From assembly GCF_003018115.1 (NCBI RefSeq), contig NZ_CP027457.1: a DNA stretch of 64,000 bases. The stretch is one strand, 5' to 3'. Under the pieces are notes generated by a model, which was given only the letters and a program-made list of their open reading frames with translations, had not been told where the DNA came from and did not search any database. The position numbers and the translations under genes were made by a program. This DNA comes from Escherichia coli. GTDB taxonomy: Bacteria > Pseudomonadota > Gammaproteobacteria > Enterobacterales > Enterobacteriaceae. This document shows, piece by piece, positions 31,080 to 45,466 of this stretch (the stretch's first letter is position 1; each line of letters starts with the position of its first letter).

Positions 31080-32254
31080 GCGTAATCATCGTCGGTGGCG
31101 GCATGGCGGGCGCGACGCTGGCGCTGGCTATTTCCCGGTTAAGTCACGGGGTGTTGCCGGTACATCTGATTGAAGCGATCGCACCAGAGTCACATGCCCA
31201 TCCAGGCTTTGATGGCCGGGCTATTGCGCTGGCAGCAGGCACTTGTCAGCAGCTGGCGCGCATCGGTGTCTGGCAATCTCTGGCCGATTGCGCAACCGCC
31301 ATCACCACCGTTCATGTCAGCGATCGCGGCCATGCCGGATTCGTCACTCTTGCCGCAGAAGATTATCAACTGGCGGCGCTAGGGCAGGTTGTCGAATTGC
31401 ACAATGTTGGGCAACGGCTGTTTGCGCTGTTGCGTAAAGCACCAGGCGTCACGCTGCATTGTCCGGATCGCGTGGCTAACGTTGCCCGTACTCAGAGTCA
31501 TGTTGAAGTGACGCTGGAGTGTGGCGAGACGCTAACGGGCCGCGTGCTGGTAGCCGCTGATGGCACCCATTCAACGTTAGCCACTGTGTGCGGCGTTGAC
31601 TGGCAGCAGGAGCCTTACGAACAACTGGCTGTGATTGCCAACGTTGCGACTTCCGTTGCGCATGAAGGGCGAGCTTTTGAACGCTTTACGCAACATGGCC
31701 CGCTGGCGATGTTGCCGATGTCTGACGGACGCTGTTCGCTGGTCTGGTGTCATCCACTGGAACGGCGCGAAGAGGTGCTGTCGTGGAGCGACGAGAAGTT
31801 TTGCCGTGAACTCCAGTCGGCCTTTGGCTGGCGACTTGGGAAAATTACCCACGCTGGTAAACGCAGTGCTTATCCGCTGGCGTTAACCCACGCCGCCAGA
31901 TCTATTACCCATCGTACCGTGCTGGTGGGCAATGCGGCGCAAACCCTGCACCCGATTGCCGGGCAAGGGTTCAACCTCGGTATGCGAGATGTCATGAGTC
32001 TTGCGGAAACCCTGACTCAGGCGCAGGAGCGCGGAGAAGACATGGGTGATTACGGCGTATTGTGTCGTTATCAGCAGCGTCGACAGAGCGATCGCGAAGC
32101 AACCATTGGCGTCACGGACAGCCTTGTACATCTTTTTGCCAACCGATGGGCGCCGCTGGTTGTCGGGCGCAACATCGGGCTGATGACGATGGAATTATTT
32201 ACCCCGGCACGCGATGTGCTGGCGCAGCGCACCCTCGGTTGGGTGGCGCGTTGA
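31076..32254 (+). CDS. ubiH: 2-octaprenyl-6-methoxyphenol hydroxylase, FAD-dependent (392 aa)
   Basis: MSVIIVGGGMAGATLALAIS FAD-binding N-terminus; start overlaps the pepP stop. Confidence 0.9.
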   Translation: MSVIIVGGGMAGATLALAISRLSHGVLPVHLIEAIAPESHAHPGFDGRAIALAAGTCQQLARIGVWQSLADCATAITTVHVSDRGHAGFVTLAAEDYQLAALGQVVELHNVGQRLFALLRKAPGVTLHCPDRVANVARTQSHVEVTLECGETLTGRVLVAADGTHSTLATVCGVDWQQEPYEQLAVIANVATSVAHEGRAFERFTQHGPLAMLPMSDGRCSLVWCHPLERREEVLSWSDEKFCRELQSAFGWRLGKITHAGKRSAYPLALTHAARSITHRTVLVGNAAQTLHPIAGQGFNLGMRDVMSLAETLTQAQERGEDMGDYGVLCRYQQRRQSDREATIGVTDSLVHLFANRWAPLVVGRNIGLMTMELFTPARDVLAQRTLGWVAR

Positions 32255-32276
32255 AGGCGGTTTTAAGGAATAAACA

Positions 32277-33479
32277 ATGCAAAGTGTTGATGTAGCCATT
32301 GTTGGCGGCGGCATGGTGGGGCTGGCGGTTGCCTGCGGCTTACAGGGTAGCGGCTTACGCGTTGCCGTACTGGAGCAGCGCGTACCGGAACCTCTGGCGG
32401 CGGATGCACCACCACAACTGCGCGTTTCGGCTATCAATGCCGCCAGCGAAAAATTACTCACCCGTCTTGGCGTCTGGCAGGACATTCTCTCTCGTAGGGC
32501 CAGTTGTTATCACGGCATGGAAGTGTGGGACAAAGACAGTTTTGGTCACATTTCGTTTGACGATCAAAGCATGGGCTATAGCCATCTTGGGCATATCGTT
32601 GAAAACTCAGTGATTCACTACGCGCTGTGGAACAAAGCGCATCAGTCGTCAGATATCACTCTGTTGGCCCCCGCAGAATTACAGCAGGTCGCCTGGGGAG
32701 AAAACGAAACCTTCCTGACGCTGAAAGATGGCAGCATGTTAACGGCGCGTCTGGTGATTGGTGCGGATGGCGCTAATTCCTGGTTGCGCAACAAAGCCGA
32801 TATTCCGCTGACTTTCTGGGATTATCAGCATCACGCGCTGGTGGCGACCATTCGCACGGAAGAACCGCATGATGCGGTGGCGCGGCAGGTTTTCCACGGC
32901 GAAGGCATTCTGGCCTTTTTGCCGCTTAGCGATCCGCATCTTTGCTCGATTGTCTGGTCCCTATCGCCAGAGGAAGCGCAGCGGATGCAGCAGGCAGGGG
33001 AAGGCGAATTTAATCGCGCGTTAAATATCGCTTTTGATAATCGCCTGGGCTTATGCAAGGTCGAGAGCGAGCGTCAGGTGTTCCCGCTGACGGGGCGTTA
33101 TGCGCGCCAGTTTGCCGCACATCGTCTGGCGCTGGTGGGCGACGCCGCGCATACCATTCACCCACTGGCGGGGCAGGGCGTTAATCTCGGCTTTATGGAC
33201 GCCGCAGAGCTGATTGCTGAACTGAAACGGTTGCATCGTCAGGGTAAAGACATCGGGCAGTACATTTATCTGCGCCGCTATGAGCGTAGTCGCAAGCACA
33301 GTGCGGCACTGATGCTGGCAGGTATGCAGGGCTTTCGCGATCTCTTTTCCGGCGCTAATCCGGCGAAAAAACTGCTGCGCGATATTGGTCTGAAACTGGC
33401 TGATACACTTCCTGGCGTTAAGCCGCAACTTATCCGTCAGGCAATGGGATTAAACGATTTGCCTGAGTGGCTGCGTTAA
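32277..33479 (+). CDS. ubiI: 2-octaprenylphenol hydroxylase, FAD-dependent (400 aa)
   Basis: MQSVDVAIVGGGMVGLAVACGLQGSG FAD-binding N-terminus; paralogue of ubiH. Confidence 0.9.
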   Translation: MQSVDVAIVGGGMVGLAVACGLQGSGLRVAVLEQRVPEPLAADAPPQLRVSAINAASEKLLTRLGVWQDILSRRASCYHGMEVWDKDSFGHISFDDQSMGYSHLGHIVENSVIHYALWNKAHQSSDITLLAPAELQQVAWGENETFLTLKDGSMLTARLVIGADGANSWLRNKADIPLTFWDYQHHALVATIRTEEPHDAVARQVFHGEGILAFLPLSDPHLCSIVWSLSPEEAQRMQQAGEGEFNRALNIAFDNRLGLCKVESERQVFPLTGRYARQFAAHRLALVGDAAHTIHPLAGQGVNLGFMDAAELIAELKRLHRQGKDIGQYIYLRRYERSRKHSAALMLAGMQGFRDLFSGANPAKKLLRDIGLKLADTLPGVKPQLIRQAMGLNDLPEWLR

Positions 33480-33522
33480 AAATTTCTCTTCTGCTGTTTA
33501 TTTGATACGCATCACACTTTCA

Positions 33523-33550
33523 TCTCCCGGTTTTTTCGCCGGGAGATTTT
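33523..33550 (+). terminator. intrinsic terminator after ubiI
   Basis: tctcccgg/ccgggaga stem followed by a T-run. Confidence 0.7.
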
Positions 33551-33925
33551 CCTCATTTGAAATAAACTAATTTCACCTCCGTTTTCGCATTATATTTTCT
33601 AATGCCATGATTTTTTGATTTAGTGTTTTTTGACATTTTTTTAGCTCTTAATATTGTCTTATTCAAATTGACTTTCTCATCACATCATCTTTGTATAGAA
33701 ACTGGTGTGTTTTTTGGTTTTTTATTCTGTCGCGATTTTTGCATTTTTTAACCATAAGCTAATGTGATGATCAATTTTACCTTATGGTTAACAGTCTGTT
33801 TCGGTGGTAAGTTCAGGCAAAAGAGAACGATTGCGTTGGGGACCGGGAGTGGCTCCGATGCTGGGTTTCGTGGTGATAATTTCACCATGAAAAGTTGTCA
33901 GCCCCGCTTATTCAATGAGGACAAG
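33551..33925 (+). promoter_or_regulatory. gcvTHP control region: AT-rich 5-prime leader and promoter
   Basis: About 375 bp, highly AT-rich, upstream of gcvT; GcvA/Lrp/PurR/CRP sites are expected from the literature but not mapped here. Confidence 0.5.
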
Positions 33926-35020
33926 ATGGCACAACAGACTCCTTTGTACGAACAACACACGCTTTGCGGCGCTCGCATGGTGGATTTCCACGGGTGGATG
34001 ATGCCGCTGCATTACGGTTCGCAAATCGACGAACATCATGCGGTACGTACCGATGCCGGAATGTTTGATGTGTCACATATGACCATCGTCGATCTCCGCG
34101 GCAGCCGCACCCGGGAGTTTCTGCGTTATCTGCTGGCGAACGATGTGGCGAAGCTCACCAAAAGCGGCAAAGCCCTTTACTCGGGGATGTTGAATGCCTC
34201 TGGCGGTGTGATAGATGACCTCATCGTCTACTACTTTACTGAAGATTTCTTCCGCCTCGTTGTTAACTCCGCCACCCGCGAAAAAGACCTCTCCTGGATT
34301 ACCCAACACGCTGAACCTTTCGGCATCGAAATTACCGTTCGTGATGACCTTTCCATGATTGCCGTGCAAGGGCCGAATGCGCAGGCAAAAGCTGCCACAC
34401 TGTTTAATGACGCCCAGCGTCAGGCGGTGGAAGGGATGAAACCGTTCTTTGGCGTGCAGGCGGGCGATCTGTTTATTGCCACCACTGGTTATACCGGTGA
34501 AGCGGGCTATGAAATTGCGCTGCCCAATGAAAAAGCGGCCGATTTCTGGCGTGCGCTGGTGGAAGCGGGTGTTAAGCCATGTGGCTTGGGCGCGCGTGAC
34601 ACGCTGCGTCTGGAAGCGGGCATGAATCTTTATGGTCAGGAGATGGACGAAACTATTTCTCCTTTAGCCGCCAACATGGGCTGGACTATCGCCTGGGAAC
34701 CGGCAGATCGTGACTTTATCGGTCGTGAAGCCCTGGAAGTGCAGCGTGAGCATGGTACAGAAAAACTGGTTGGTCTGGTGATGACCGAAAAAGGCGTGCT
34801 GCGTAATGAACTGCCGGTACGCTTTACCGATGCGCAGGGCAACCAGCATGAAGGCATTATCACCAGCGGTACTTTCTCCCCGACGCTGGGTTACAGCATT
34901 GCGCTGGCGCGCGTGCCGGAAGGTATTGGCGAAACGGCGATTGTGCAAATTCGCAACCGTGAAATGCCGGTTAAAGTGACAAAACCTGTTTTTGTGCGTA
35001 ACGGCAAAGCCGTCGCGTGA
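33926..35020 (+). CDS. gcvT: glycine cleavage system T protein, aminomethyltransferase (364 aa)
   Basis: [39 protein letters not shown]-terminus; ATG at 33926. Confidence 0.95.
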
Positions 35021-35043
35021 TTTACTTTTTTGGAGATTGATTG

Positions 35044-35433
35044 ATGAGCAACGTACCAGCAGAACTGAAATACAGCAAAGAACACGAATGGCTGCGTAAA
35101 GAAGCCGACGGCACTTACACCGTTGGTATTACCGAACATGCTCAGGAGTTGTTGGGCGATATGGTGTTTGTTGACCTGCCGGAAGTGGGCGCAACGGTTA
35201 GCGCGGGCGATGACTGCGCGGTTGCCGAATCGGTAAAAGCGGCGTCAGACATTTATGCGCCAGTAAGCGGTGAAATCGTGGCGGTAAACGACGCACTGAG
35301 CGATTCCCCGGAACTGGTGAACAGCGAACCGTATGCAGGCGGCTGGATCTTTAAAATCAAAGCCAGCGATGAAAGCGAACTGGAATCACTGCTGGATGCG
35401 ACCGCATACGAAGCATTGTTAGAAGACGAGTAA
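35044..35433 (+). CDS. gcvH: glycine cleavage system H protein, lipoyl carrier (129 aa)
   Basis: [34 protein letters not shown]; lipoyl-lysine context [11 protein letters not shown]. Confidence 0.95.
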
Positions 35434-35551
35434 CGGCTTTATTCCTCTTCTGCGGGAGAGGATCAGGGTGAGGAAAATTTATGCCTCACCCTCACTCTCT
35501 TCGTAAGGAGAGAGGTTCACAATTCACTGCACGTTTCAGGAACCATCGCTC

Positions 35552-38425
35552 ATGACACAGACGTTAAGCCAGCTTGAAAACAGCGGCGCTTTTATTGAAC
35601 GCCATATCGGACCGGACGCCGCGCAACAGCAAGAAATGCTGAATGCCGTTGGCGCACAATCGTTAAACGCGCTGACCGGCCAGATTGTACCGAAAGATAT
35701 TCAGCTTGCGACCGCGCCGCAGGTTGGCGCACCGGCGACCGAATACGCCGCACTGGCAGAACTCAAGGCTATTGCCAGTCGCAATAAACGCTTCACGTCT
35801 TACATCGGCATGGGTTACACCGCCGTGCAGCTACCGCCGGTTATCCTGCGTAACATGCTGGAAAATCCGGGCTGGTATACCGCGTATACTCCGTATCAAC
35901 CTGAAGTCTCTCAGGGCCGCCTTGAAGCACTGCTCAACTTCCAGCAGGTAACGCTGGATTTAACCGGGCTGGATATGGCCTCTGCTTCTCTTCTTGACGA
36001 AGCCACCGCTGCCGCCGAAGCAATGGCGATGGCGAAACGCGTCAGCAAACTGAAAAATGCCAACCGCTTCTTCGTGGCTTCCGATGTGCATCCGCAAACG
36101 CTGGATGTGGTCCGTACTCGTGCCGAAACCTTTGGTTTTGAAGTGATTGTCGATGATGCGCAAAAAGTGCTCGACCATCAGGACGTCTTCGGCGTGCTGT
36201 TACAGCAGGTTGGCACTACCGGTGAAATTCACGACTACACTGCGCTTATCAGCGAACTGAAATCACGCAAAATTGTGGTCAGCGTTGCCGCTGATATTAT
36301 GGCGCTGGTGCTGTTAACTGCGCCGGGTAAACAGGGCGCTGATATTGTTTTTGGTTCGGCGCAACGCTTTGGCGTACCGATGGGTTACGGTGGCCCACAC
36401 GCGGCATTCTTTGCGGCGAAAGACGAATACAAACGCTCAATGCCAGGCCGTATTATCGGTGTATCGAAAGATGCAGCTGGCAATACCGCGCTGCGCATGG
36501 CGATGCAGACTCGCGAGCAACATATTCGTCGTGAGAAAGCGAACTCCAACATTTGTACTTCCCAGGTGCTGCTGGCAAACATCGCCAGCCTGTATGCCGT
36601 TTATCACGGCCCGATTGGCCTGAAACGTATCGCTAACCGCATTCACCGTCTGACTGATATCCTGGCGGCAGGCCTGCAACAAAAAGGTCTGAAGCTGCGC
36701 CATGCGCACTATTTCGACACTCTGTGTGTGGAAGTGGCCGACAAGGCGGGCGTACTGGCGCGTGCCGAAGCGGCTGAAATCAACCTGCGTAGCGATATCC
36801 TGAACGCGGTTGGGATCACCCTTGATGAAACCACCACGCGCGAAAACGTGATGCAGCTTTTCAGCGTACTACTGGGGGATAATCACGGGCTGGACATCGA
36901 CACGCTGGACAAAGACGTGGCTCACGACAGCCGCTCTATCCAGCCTGCGATGCTGCGCGACGACGAAATCCTCACCCATCCGGTGTTTAATCGCTACCAC
37001 AGCGAAACCGAAATGATGCGCTATATGCACTCGCTGGAGCGTAAAGATCTGGCGCTGAATCAGGCGATGATCCCGCTGGGTTCCTGCACCATGAAACTGA
37101 ACGCCGCCGCCGAGATGATCCCAATCACCTGGCCGGAATTTGCCGAACTGCATCCGTTCTGCCCGCCGGAGCAGGCCGAAGGTTATCAGCAGATGATTGC
37201 GCAGCTGGCTGACTGGCTGGTGAAACTGACCGGTTACGACGCCGTTTGTATGCAGCCGAACTCTGGCGCACAGGGCGAATACGCGGGCCTGCTGGCGATT
37301 CGTCATTATCATGAAAGCCGCAACGAAGGGCATCGCGATATCTGCCTGATCCCTGCCTCTGCGCACGGCACTAACCCGGCTTCCGCGCATATGGCAGGAA
37401 TGCAGGTGGTGGTTGTGGCGTGTGATAAAAACGGCAACATCGATCTGGCTGATCTGCGCGCGAAAGCGGAACAGGCGGGCGATAACCTCTCCTGTATCAT
37501 GGTGACCTATCCTTCCACCCACGGCGTGTATGAAGAAACGATCCGTGAAGTGTGTGAAGTCGTGCATCAGTTCGGCGGTCAGGTTTACCTTGATGGCGCG
37601 AACATGAACGCCCAGGTTGGCATCACCTCGCCGGGCTTTATTGGCGCAGACGTTTCACACCTTAACCTGCATAAAACTTTCTGCATTCCGCACGGCGGTG
37701 GTGGTCCGGGTATGGGACCGATCGGCGTGAAAGCGCATCTGGCTCCGTTTGTACCGGGTCATAGCGTGGTGCAAATCGAAGGCATGTTAACCCGTCAGGG
37801 CGCAGTTTCTGCGGCACCGTTCGGTAGCGCCTCTATCCTGCCAATCAGCTGGATGTACATCCGCATGATGGGCGCAGAAGGGCTGAAAAAAGCAAGCCAG
37901 GTGGCAATCCTCAACGCCAACTATATTGCCAGCCGCCTGCAGGATGCCTTCCCGGTGCTGTATACCGGTCGCGACGGTCGCGTGGCGCACGAATGTATTC
38001 TCGATATTCGCCCGCTGAAAGAAGAAACCGGCATCAGCGAGCTGGATATTGCCAAGCGCCTGATCGACTACGGTTTCCACGCGCCGACGATGTCGTTCCC
38101 GGTGGCGGGTACGCTGATGGTTGAACCGACTGAATCTGAAAGCAAAGTGGAACTGGATCGCTTTATCGACGCGATGCTGGCTATCCGCGCAGAAATTGAC
38201 CAGGTGAAAGCCGGTGTCTGGCCGCTGGAAGATAACCCGCTGGTGAACGCGCCGCACATTCAGAGCGAACTGGTCGCCGAGTGGGCGCATCCGTACAGCC
38301 GTGAAGTTGCGGTATTCCCGGCAGGCGTGGCAGACAAATACTGGCCGACAGTGAAACGTCTGGATGATGTTTACGGCGACCGTAACCTGTTCTGCTCCTG
38401 CGTACCGATTAGCGAATACCAGTAA
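35552..38425 (+). CDS. gcvP: glycine dehydrogenase (decarboxylating), P protein (957 aa)
   Basis: [23 protein letters not shown]-terminus; PLP-dependent. Confidence 0.95.
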   Translation: MTQTLSQLENSGAFIERHIGPDAAQQQEMLNAVGAQSLNALTGQIVPKDIQLATAPQVGAPATEYAALAELKAIASRNKRFTSYIGMGYTAVQLPPVILRNMLENPGWYTAYTPYQPEVSQGRLEALLNFQQVTLDLTGLDMASASLLDEATAAAEAMAMAKRVSKLKNANRFFVASDVHPQTLDVVRTRAETFGFEVIVDDAQKVLDHQDVFGVLLQQVGTTGEIHDYTALISELKSRKIVVSVAADIMALVLLTAPGKQGADIVFGSAQRFGVPMGYGGPHAAFFAAKDEYKRSMPGRIIGVSKDAAGNTALRMAMQTREQHIRREKANSNICTSQVLLANIASLYAVYHGPIGLKRIANRIHRLTDILAAGLQQKGLKLRHAHYFDTLCVEVADKAGVLARAEAAEINLRSDILNAVGITLDETTTRENVMQLFSVLLGDNHGLDIDTLDKDVAHDSRSIQPAMLRDDEILTHPVFNRYHSETEMMRYMHSLERKDLALNQAMIPLGSCTMKLNAAAEMIPITWPEFAELHPFCPPEQAEGYQQMIAQLADWLVKLTGYDAVCMQPNSGAQGEYAGLLAIRHYHESRNEGHRDICLIPASAHGTNPASAHMAGMQVVVVACDKNGNIDLADLRAKAEQAGDNLSCIMVTYPSTHGVYEETIREVCEVVHQFGGQVYLDGANMNAQVGITSPGFIGADVSHLNLHKTFCIPHGGGGPGMGPIGVKAHLAPFVPGHSVVQIEGMLTRQGAVSAAPFGSASILPISWMYIRMMGAEGLKKASQVAILNANYIASRLQDAFPVLYTGRDGRVAHECILDIRPLKEETGISELDIAKRLIDYGFHAPTMSFPVAGTLMVEPTESESKVELDRFIDAMLAIRAEIDQVKAGVWPLEDNPLVNAPHIQSELVAEWAHPYSREVAVFPAGVADKYWPTVKRLDDVYGDRNLFCSCVPISEYQ

Positions 38426-38447
38426 TTCACTGATTCGACTATCTTCT

Positions 38448-38470
38448 AAAGGCGCTTCGGCGCCTTTTTA
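38448..38470 (+). terminator. intrinsic terminator after gcvP
   Basis: ggcgc-ttcg-gcgcc hairpin followed by TTTTT; A-run upstream suggests it could act bidirectionally. Confidence 0.75.
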
Positions 38471-38544
38471 GCTTGTTAATAAAGTGCGCTTTGTGTGTTT
38501 CGGCTGAGGCGTAATATAAAATCTTGCGAGCTCAATATATTAAA

Positions 38545-38590
38545 AGAGTGCCAGGCCTGATGAGCGTATCGCATCAGGCACATCGGCTAA
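38545..38590. repeat. REP palindromic unit
   Basis: gccaggcctgatgagcgtatcgcatcaggcacatcggc resembles the REP consensus. Confidence 0.6.
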
Positions 38591-40051
<1,461 letters not shown>

Positions 40052-40068
40052 TTACAGGAAATAGTACC

Positions 40069-40380
40069 ATGCAGCCAAACGACATCACTTTTTTTCAACG
40101 TTTCCAGGATGACATTCTGGCTGGGCGTAAAACCATCACCATCCGCGACGAGTCTGAATCGCACTTCAAAACGGGTGATGTGCTTCGTGTCGGGCGTTTT
40201 GAAGATGACGGTTATTTTTGCACGATTGAAGTCACCGCAACCTCAACCGTAACGCTGGATACGCTGACGGAAAAACATGCAGAGCAGGAAAATATGACCC
40301 TGACTGAACTGAAAAAGGTCATTGCCGACATCTATCCCGGTCAGACACAGTTTTATGTGATTGAATTTAAATGTCTTTAA
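40069..40380 (+). CDS. yqfB: ASCH-domain protein (103 aa)
   Basis: [28 protein letters not shown]. Confidence 0.85.
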   Translation: MQPNDITFFQRFQDDILAGRKTITIRDESESHFKTGDVLRVGRFEDDGYFCTIEVTATSTVTLDTLTEKHAEQENMTLTELKKVIADIYPGQTQFYVIEFKCL

Positions 40381-40540
40381 ATTGAACTCACGCCTGTTAG
40401 TTGAAATTTCGCATTTAATTTCATGATTTTTAGGGGATTAGTCTCAAATCAGAATTTATTTTAGCTAACAGGTGTTCACTGGAACTATTCTCAGTTACGC
40501 TGGAGAGGTATACATGTGCGTGTACGTTTCTCCGGAGTAA

Positions 40541-41203
<663 letters not shown>

Positions 41204-41219
41204 TGGGTATGCCTTTGTA

Positions 41220-41260
41220 GGCCTGATAAGACGCGCCAGCGTCGCATCAGGCGATAAATG
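41220..41260. repeat. REP palindromic unit
   Basis: gtaggcctgataagacgcgccagcgtcgcatcaggcg matches the REP consensus. Confidence 0.75.
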
Positions 41261-41279
41261 CGTGATGCGACACAGAGAT

Positions 41280-42260
41280 TTACTCTTCGAGCGAATACGG
41301 CAGCGGCTCGATATGCAATGTATTCGCATCGTCGCGCACGCGGAAGATGCTGTCCGGTTCCATATCGTTATTCATCACTACCTGCACCACGACCTGACCA
41401 TCTTCCAGTTTTACCGCAGCCAGCACCGTACCGGTACGACGCCAGTTCTCGCCCATTTTCAGCTCTAAGTCTTCACCAGCTTCCGGCAGTCGGCTGGCAC
41501 TACCTGTCAGCAACCAGAGCGCGCGTTTGTTGGCACCACGGAATTTTGCTCGCGCCACCATCTCTTGTCCGGTATAGCAGCCTTTCTTAAAGCTGATACC
41601 GCCCAGCGCCTGGAGGTTGGTCGCCTGTGGGATAAACTGCCCGCTGTTGGCGGCATCAATCACCGGGAAACCAGCTTCAATGTTTAATGCCAGCCACTGT
41701 TGGCTATTGTTCAGTTCCGCTTCACCGCGCAGTTTATCGGTCAGCATATTGGCAGTAGCTTCATCGGTTACGATCAGGAAACGTTCTGCCGGATGTTCAA
41801 ACCAAAGCAGAGTAGTCGCACCTTCTCTGACTACCTGCTTTTCCTTCGAAGGCAGTTCACTAAAGAGATTGGCCAGCGCGGCGCGCGCCTGAAAACCGGC
41901 AACACCAAGCAGCACACGCTCGTCGTCTGGCGCGATGGTCACTTTAGAGAACACCGCATATTTTTTCAGTTCAGTCAGCTGCGATTCACGCACGCTGCGC
42001 CGTTCAATCCATGCAAAGCCATCGCCGTCGCGGAACAGACGTAAATTGCTCCACATTTTACCTTTGGCGTCGCAATGGGCGGCCAGCAGGTGCTGATCTT
42101 CTGTCATTTGGCTGACGTCTGCTGTCACCTGACCCTGCATATATTTTTCGCTGTCCGCGCCAGTAATGGTGGCAAGCGCCCAGTCATCAAGCGTCATCAG
42201 CGTCAGCGGTAAACGGGCAGAAGCCGTAGGCTGACGGGGAGGAAAAGGTGTAAAAGCCAT
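41280..42260 (-). CDS. ygfZ: folate-binding tRNA-modification/Fe-S cluster protein (326 aa)
   Basis: [35 protein letters not shown]-terminus; GcvT-like fold. Confidence 0.9.
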   Translation of the reverse strand: MAFTPFPPRQPTASARLPLTLMTLDDWALATITGADSEKYMQGQVTADVSQMTEDQHLLAAHCDAKGKMWSNLRLFRDGDGFAWIERRSVRESQLTELKKYAVFSKVTIAPDDERVLLGVAGFQARAALANLFSELPSKEKQVVREGATTLLWFEHPAERFLIVTDEATANMLTDKLRGEAELNNSQQWLALNIEAGFPVIDAANSGQFIPQATNLQALGGISFKKGCYTGQEMVARAKFRGANKRALWLLTGSASRLPEAGEDLELKMGENWRRTGTVLAAVKLEDGQVVVQVVMNNDMEPDSIFRVRDDANTLHIEPLPYSLEE

Positions 42261-42490
42261 AATAGAGTCCTGAGTTGCTTAACGGCGTATTAATGACTAA
42301 TGGTAAAAGAGCTATGAGGCAATGCAAGCGCTTTCACTACGCGATCTGTGCCTTCTGCGAGGCGACTTCCAAAAAAATGAAGCCCTTGAATTGTTGTGAA
42401 TTAATTTCGCGATCGCGATTGTGTTTACTGATATTCCCGTAAAAGAAGTCGAAAAACACGTTACAATAGCGGGGTACTGGATTTTCGTGA

Positions 42491-43157
<667 letters not shown>

Positions 43158-43196
43158 AGATGACGGCAAAGCAGATGCGCTAAGCCGTCAGTGACA

Positions 43197-43718
43197 TCAG
43201 GCGTAATGCTCTGCCATTTCGTTGAGGATTTGCTCGCACCAGCCCTGAATACGCTCGTCGCTAAGGTCATACTGGTTAGTTTCGTCCAGCGCCAGACCCA
43301 CGAACAGTTGCCCGTCAGCAATCACCGGTTTCGGGCTGGTAAATTCATATCCTTCCGTTGGCCAGTAGCCGACGAACTTCACGCCTTTGGTCGAGAGTTT
43401 GTCATGCAGCATCCCTAGCGCATCGAGGAACCACTCGCCGTATCCCAGTTGATCGCCAAGCCCATACAGCGCAACAATTTTACCTTCAAGGTTCAGGTCG
43501 TCGAGTTGATCCCAGACGGCTTCCCAGTCTTCCTGGATTTCGCCAAAATCCCAGGTCGGGATACCCAGAATGAGCACATCGTACTGCTCCATTAATTTCG
43601 GGGAGTCGTCCTTGAGGTTATGTAAGGTCACCAGTTCTGGGCCGATAATATCGCGGATTTTTTCTGCCGCCATTTCGGTGTAACAGGTGCTGGAACCGTA
43701 AAAAAGACCCATATTCAT
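43197..43718 (-). CDS. fldB: flavodoxin 2 (173 aa)
   Basis: [23 protein letters not shown] flavodoxin FMN-binding N-terminus. Confidence 0.9.
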   Translation of the reverse strand: MNMGLFYGSSTCYTEMAAEKIRDIIGPELVTLHNLKDDSPKLMEQYDVLILGIPTWDFGEIQEDWEAVWDQLDDLNLEGKIVALYGLGDQLGYGEWFLDALGMLHDKLSTKGVKFVGYWPTEGYEFTSPKPVIADGQLFVGLALDETNQYDLSDERIQGWCEQILNEMAEHYA

Positions 43719-43829
43719 AACGTAAGCTTCTCGATTCTGCTGTGGCTTTTGTGGCTAGTGTATCAGAATCGCTTTAGTCACGGCACAATAAGGCATAATG
43801 GATCAAATGAGTGACCATAAGGGGCGCAA

Positions 43830-44726
43830 GTGAAACAGGATCTGGCACGCATCGAGCAGTTTCTTGATGCTCTGTGGCTGGAAAAAAATCTGGCTGAAAA
43901 TACGTTGAACGCTTACCGTCGCGATCTGTCAATGATGGTGGAGTGGTTGCATCACCGCGGGTTGACGCTGGCGACGGCGCAAAGTGACGATTTGCAGGCA
44001 TTACTGGCAGAACGGCTGGAGGGCGGGTATAAAGCCACCAGCTCAGCGCGTTTGCTGAGTGCAGTGCGCCGATTGTTCCAGTATCTTTATCGCGAAAAGT
44101 TTCGTGAAGACGATCCCAGTGCGCATCTCGCTTCACCGAAATTGCCCCAGCGTTTGCCAAAAGATTTAAGCGAAGCGCAGGTTGAACGTTTATTACAGGC
44201 ACCATTAATTGATCAGCCACTGGAGCTACGCGATAAAGCCATGCTTGAAGTGTTGTATGCTACCGGGCTGCGTGTCTCTGAACTGGTCGGACTGACAATG
44301 AGTGATATCAGCCTGCGTCAGGGCGTAGTGCGGGTCATTGGTAAAGGCAACAAAGAGCGCCTGGTGCCGTTAGGTGAAGAGGCGGTTTACTGGCTGGAAA
44401 CCTATCTGGAACATGGGCGTCCGTGGCTGCTGAATGGTGTGTCAATTGACGTGTTGTTTCCCAGCCAGCGTGCGCAGCAGATGACGCGACAGACCTTCTG
44501 GCACCGTATTAAACATTATGCCGTGCTGGCGGGTATCGACAGCGAAAAGCTGTCACCGCATGTGTTGCGTCACGCTTTTGCCACTCATTTATTAAATCAT
44601 GGTGCGGATTTACGCGTGGTGCAGATGCTACTAGGCCACAGCGATCTCTCCACCACGCAAATTTATACGCATGTCGCTACCGAGCGTCTGCGGCAACTTC
44701 ATCAACAGCATCACCCGCGGGCGTGA
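43830..44726 (+). CDS. xerD: site-specific tyrosine recombinase XerD (298 aa)
   Basis: GTG start; C-terminal catalytic residues in HxxR...Y context (LRHAFATHLL...IYTHV); chromosomal xerD-dsbC-recJ context, not a phage integrase. Confidence 0.9.
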   Translation: MKQDLARIEQFLDALWLEKNLAENTLNAYRRDLSMMVEWLHHRGLTLATAQSDDLQALLAERLEGGYKATSSARLLSAVRRLFQYLYREKFREDDPSAHLASPKLPQRLPKDLSEAQVERLLQAPLIDQPLELRDKAMLEVLYATGLRVSELVGLTMSDISLRQGVVRVIGKGNKERLVPLGEEAVYWLETYLEHGRPWLLNGVSIDVLFPSQRAQQMTRQTFWHRIKHYAVLAGIDSEKLSPHVLRHAFATHLLNHGADLRVVQMLLGHSDLSTTQIYTHVATERLRQLHQQHHPRA

Positions 44727-44750
44727 TGTCTGAAAAGAACGGGAAGATTT

Positions 44751-45461
44751 ATGAAGAAAGGTTTTATGTTGTTTACTTTGTTAGCGGCGTTTTCAGGCTT
44801 TGCTCAGGCTGATGACGCGGCAATTCAACAAACGTTAGCCAAAATGGGCATCAAAAGCAGCGATATTCAGCCCGCGCCCGTAGCTGGCATGAAGACAGTT
44901 CTGACTAACAGCGGTGTGTTGTACATCACCGATGATGGTAAACATATCATTCAGGGGCCAATGTATGACGTTAGCGGCACGGCTCCGGTCAATGTCACCA
45001 ATAAGATGCTGTTAAAGCAGTTGAATGCGCTTGAAAAAGAGATGATCGTTTATAAAGCGCCGCAGGAAAAACACGTCATCACCGTGTTTACTGATATTAC
45101 CTGTGGTTACTGCCACAAACTGCATGAGCAAATGGCAGACTACAACGCGCTGGGGATCACCGTGCGTTATCTTGCTTTCCCGCGCCAGGGGCTGGATAGC
45201 GATGCTGAGAAAGAAATGAAAGCTATCTGGTGTGCGAAAGACAAAAACAAAGCGTTTGATGATGTGATGGCAGGTAAAAGCGTCGCACCAGCCAGTTGCG
45301 ACGTGGATATTGCCGACCATTACGCACTTGGCGTCCAGCTTGGCGTTAGCGGTACTCCGGCAGTTGTGCTGAGCAATGGCACACTTGTTCCGGGTTACCA
45401 GCCGCCGAAAGAGATGAAAGAATTCCTCGACGAACACCAAAAAATGACCAGCGGTAAATAA
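44751..45461 (+). CDS. dsbC: periplasmic disulfide isomerase DsbC (236 aa)
   Basis: Signal peptide MKKGFMLFTLLAAFSGFAQA; thioredoxin active site CGYC. Confidence 0.9.
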   Translation: MKKGFMLFTLLAAFSGFAQADDAAIQQTLAKMGIKSSDIQPAPVAGMKTVLTNSGVLYITDDGKHIIQGPMYDVSGTAPVNVTNKMLLKQLNALEKEMIVYKAPQEKHVITVFTDITCGYCHKLHEQMADYNALGITVRYLAFPRQGLDSDAEKEMKAIWCAKDKNKAFDDVMAGKSVAPASCDVDIADHYALGVQLGVSGTPAVVLSNGTLVPGYQPPKEMKEFLDEHQKMTSGK

Positions 45462-45466
45462 TTCGC

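Noticed and set aside
36869-38290. Antisense ORFs inside gcvP (36869..37567 minus, 37787..38290 minus)
   Set aside because: Opposite the gcvP coding strand, His/Arg-rich translations with no recognisable domain; shadow ORFs.
43830-44726. Tyrosine recombinase as a marker of a prophage or integrative element
   Set aside because: It is chromosomal xerD in its usual xerD-dsbC-recJ context; no phage or mobile-element genes are adjacent.
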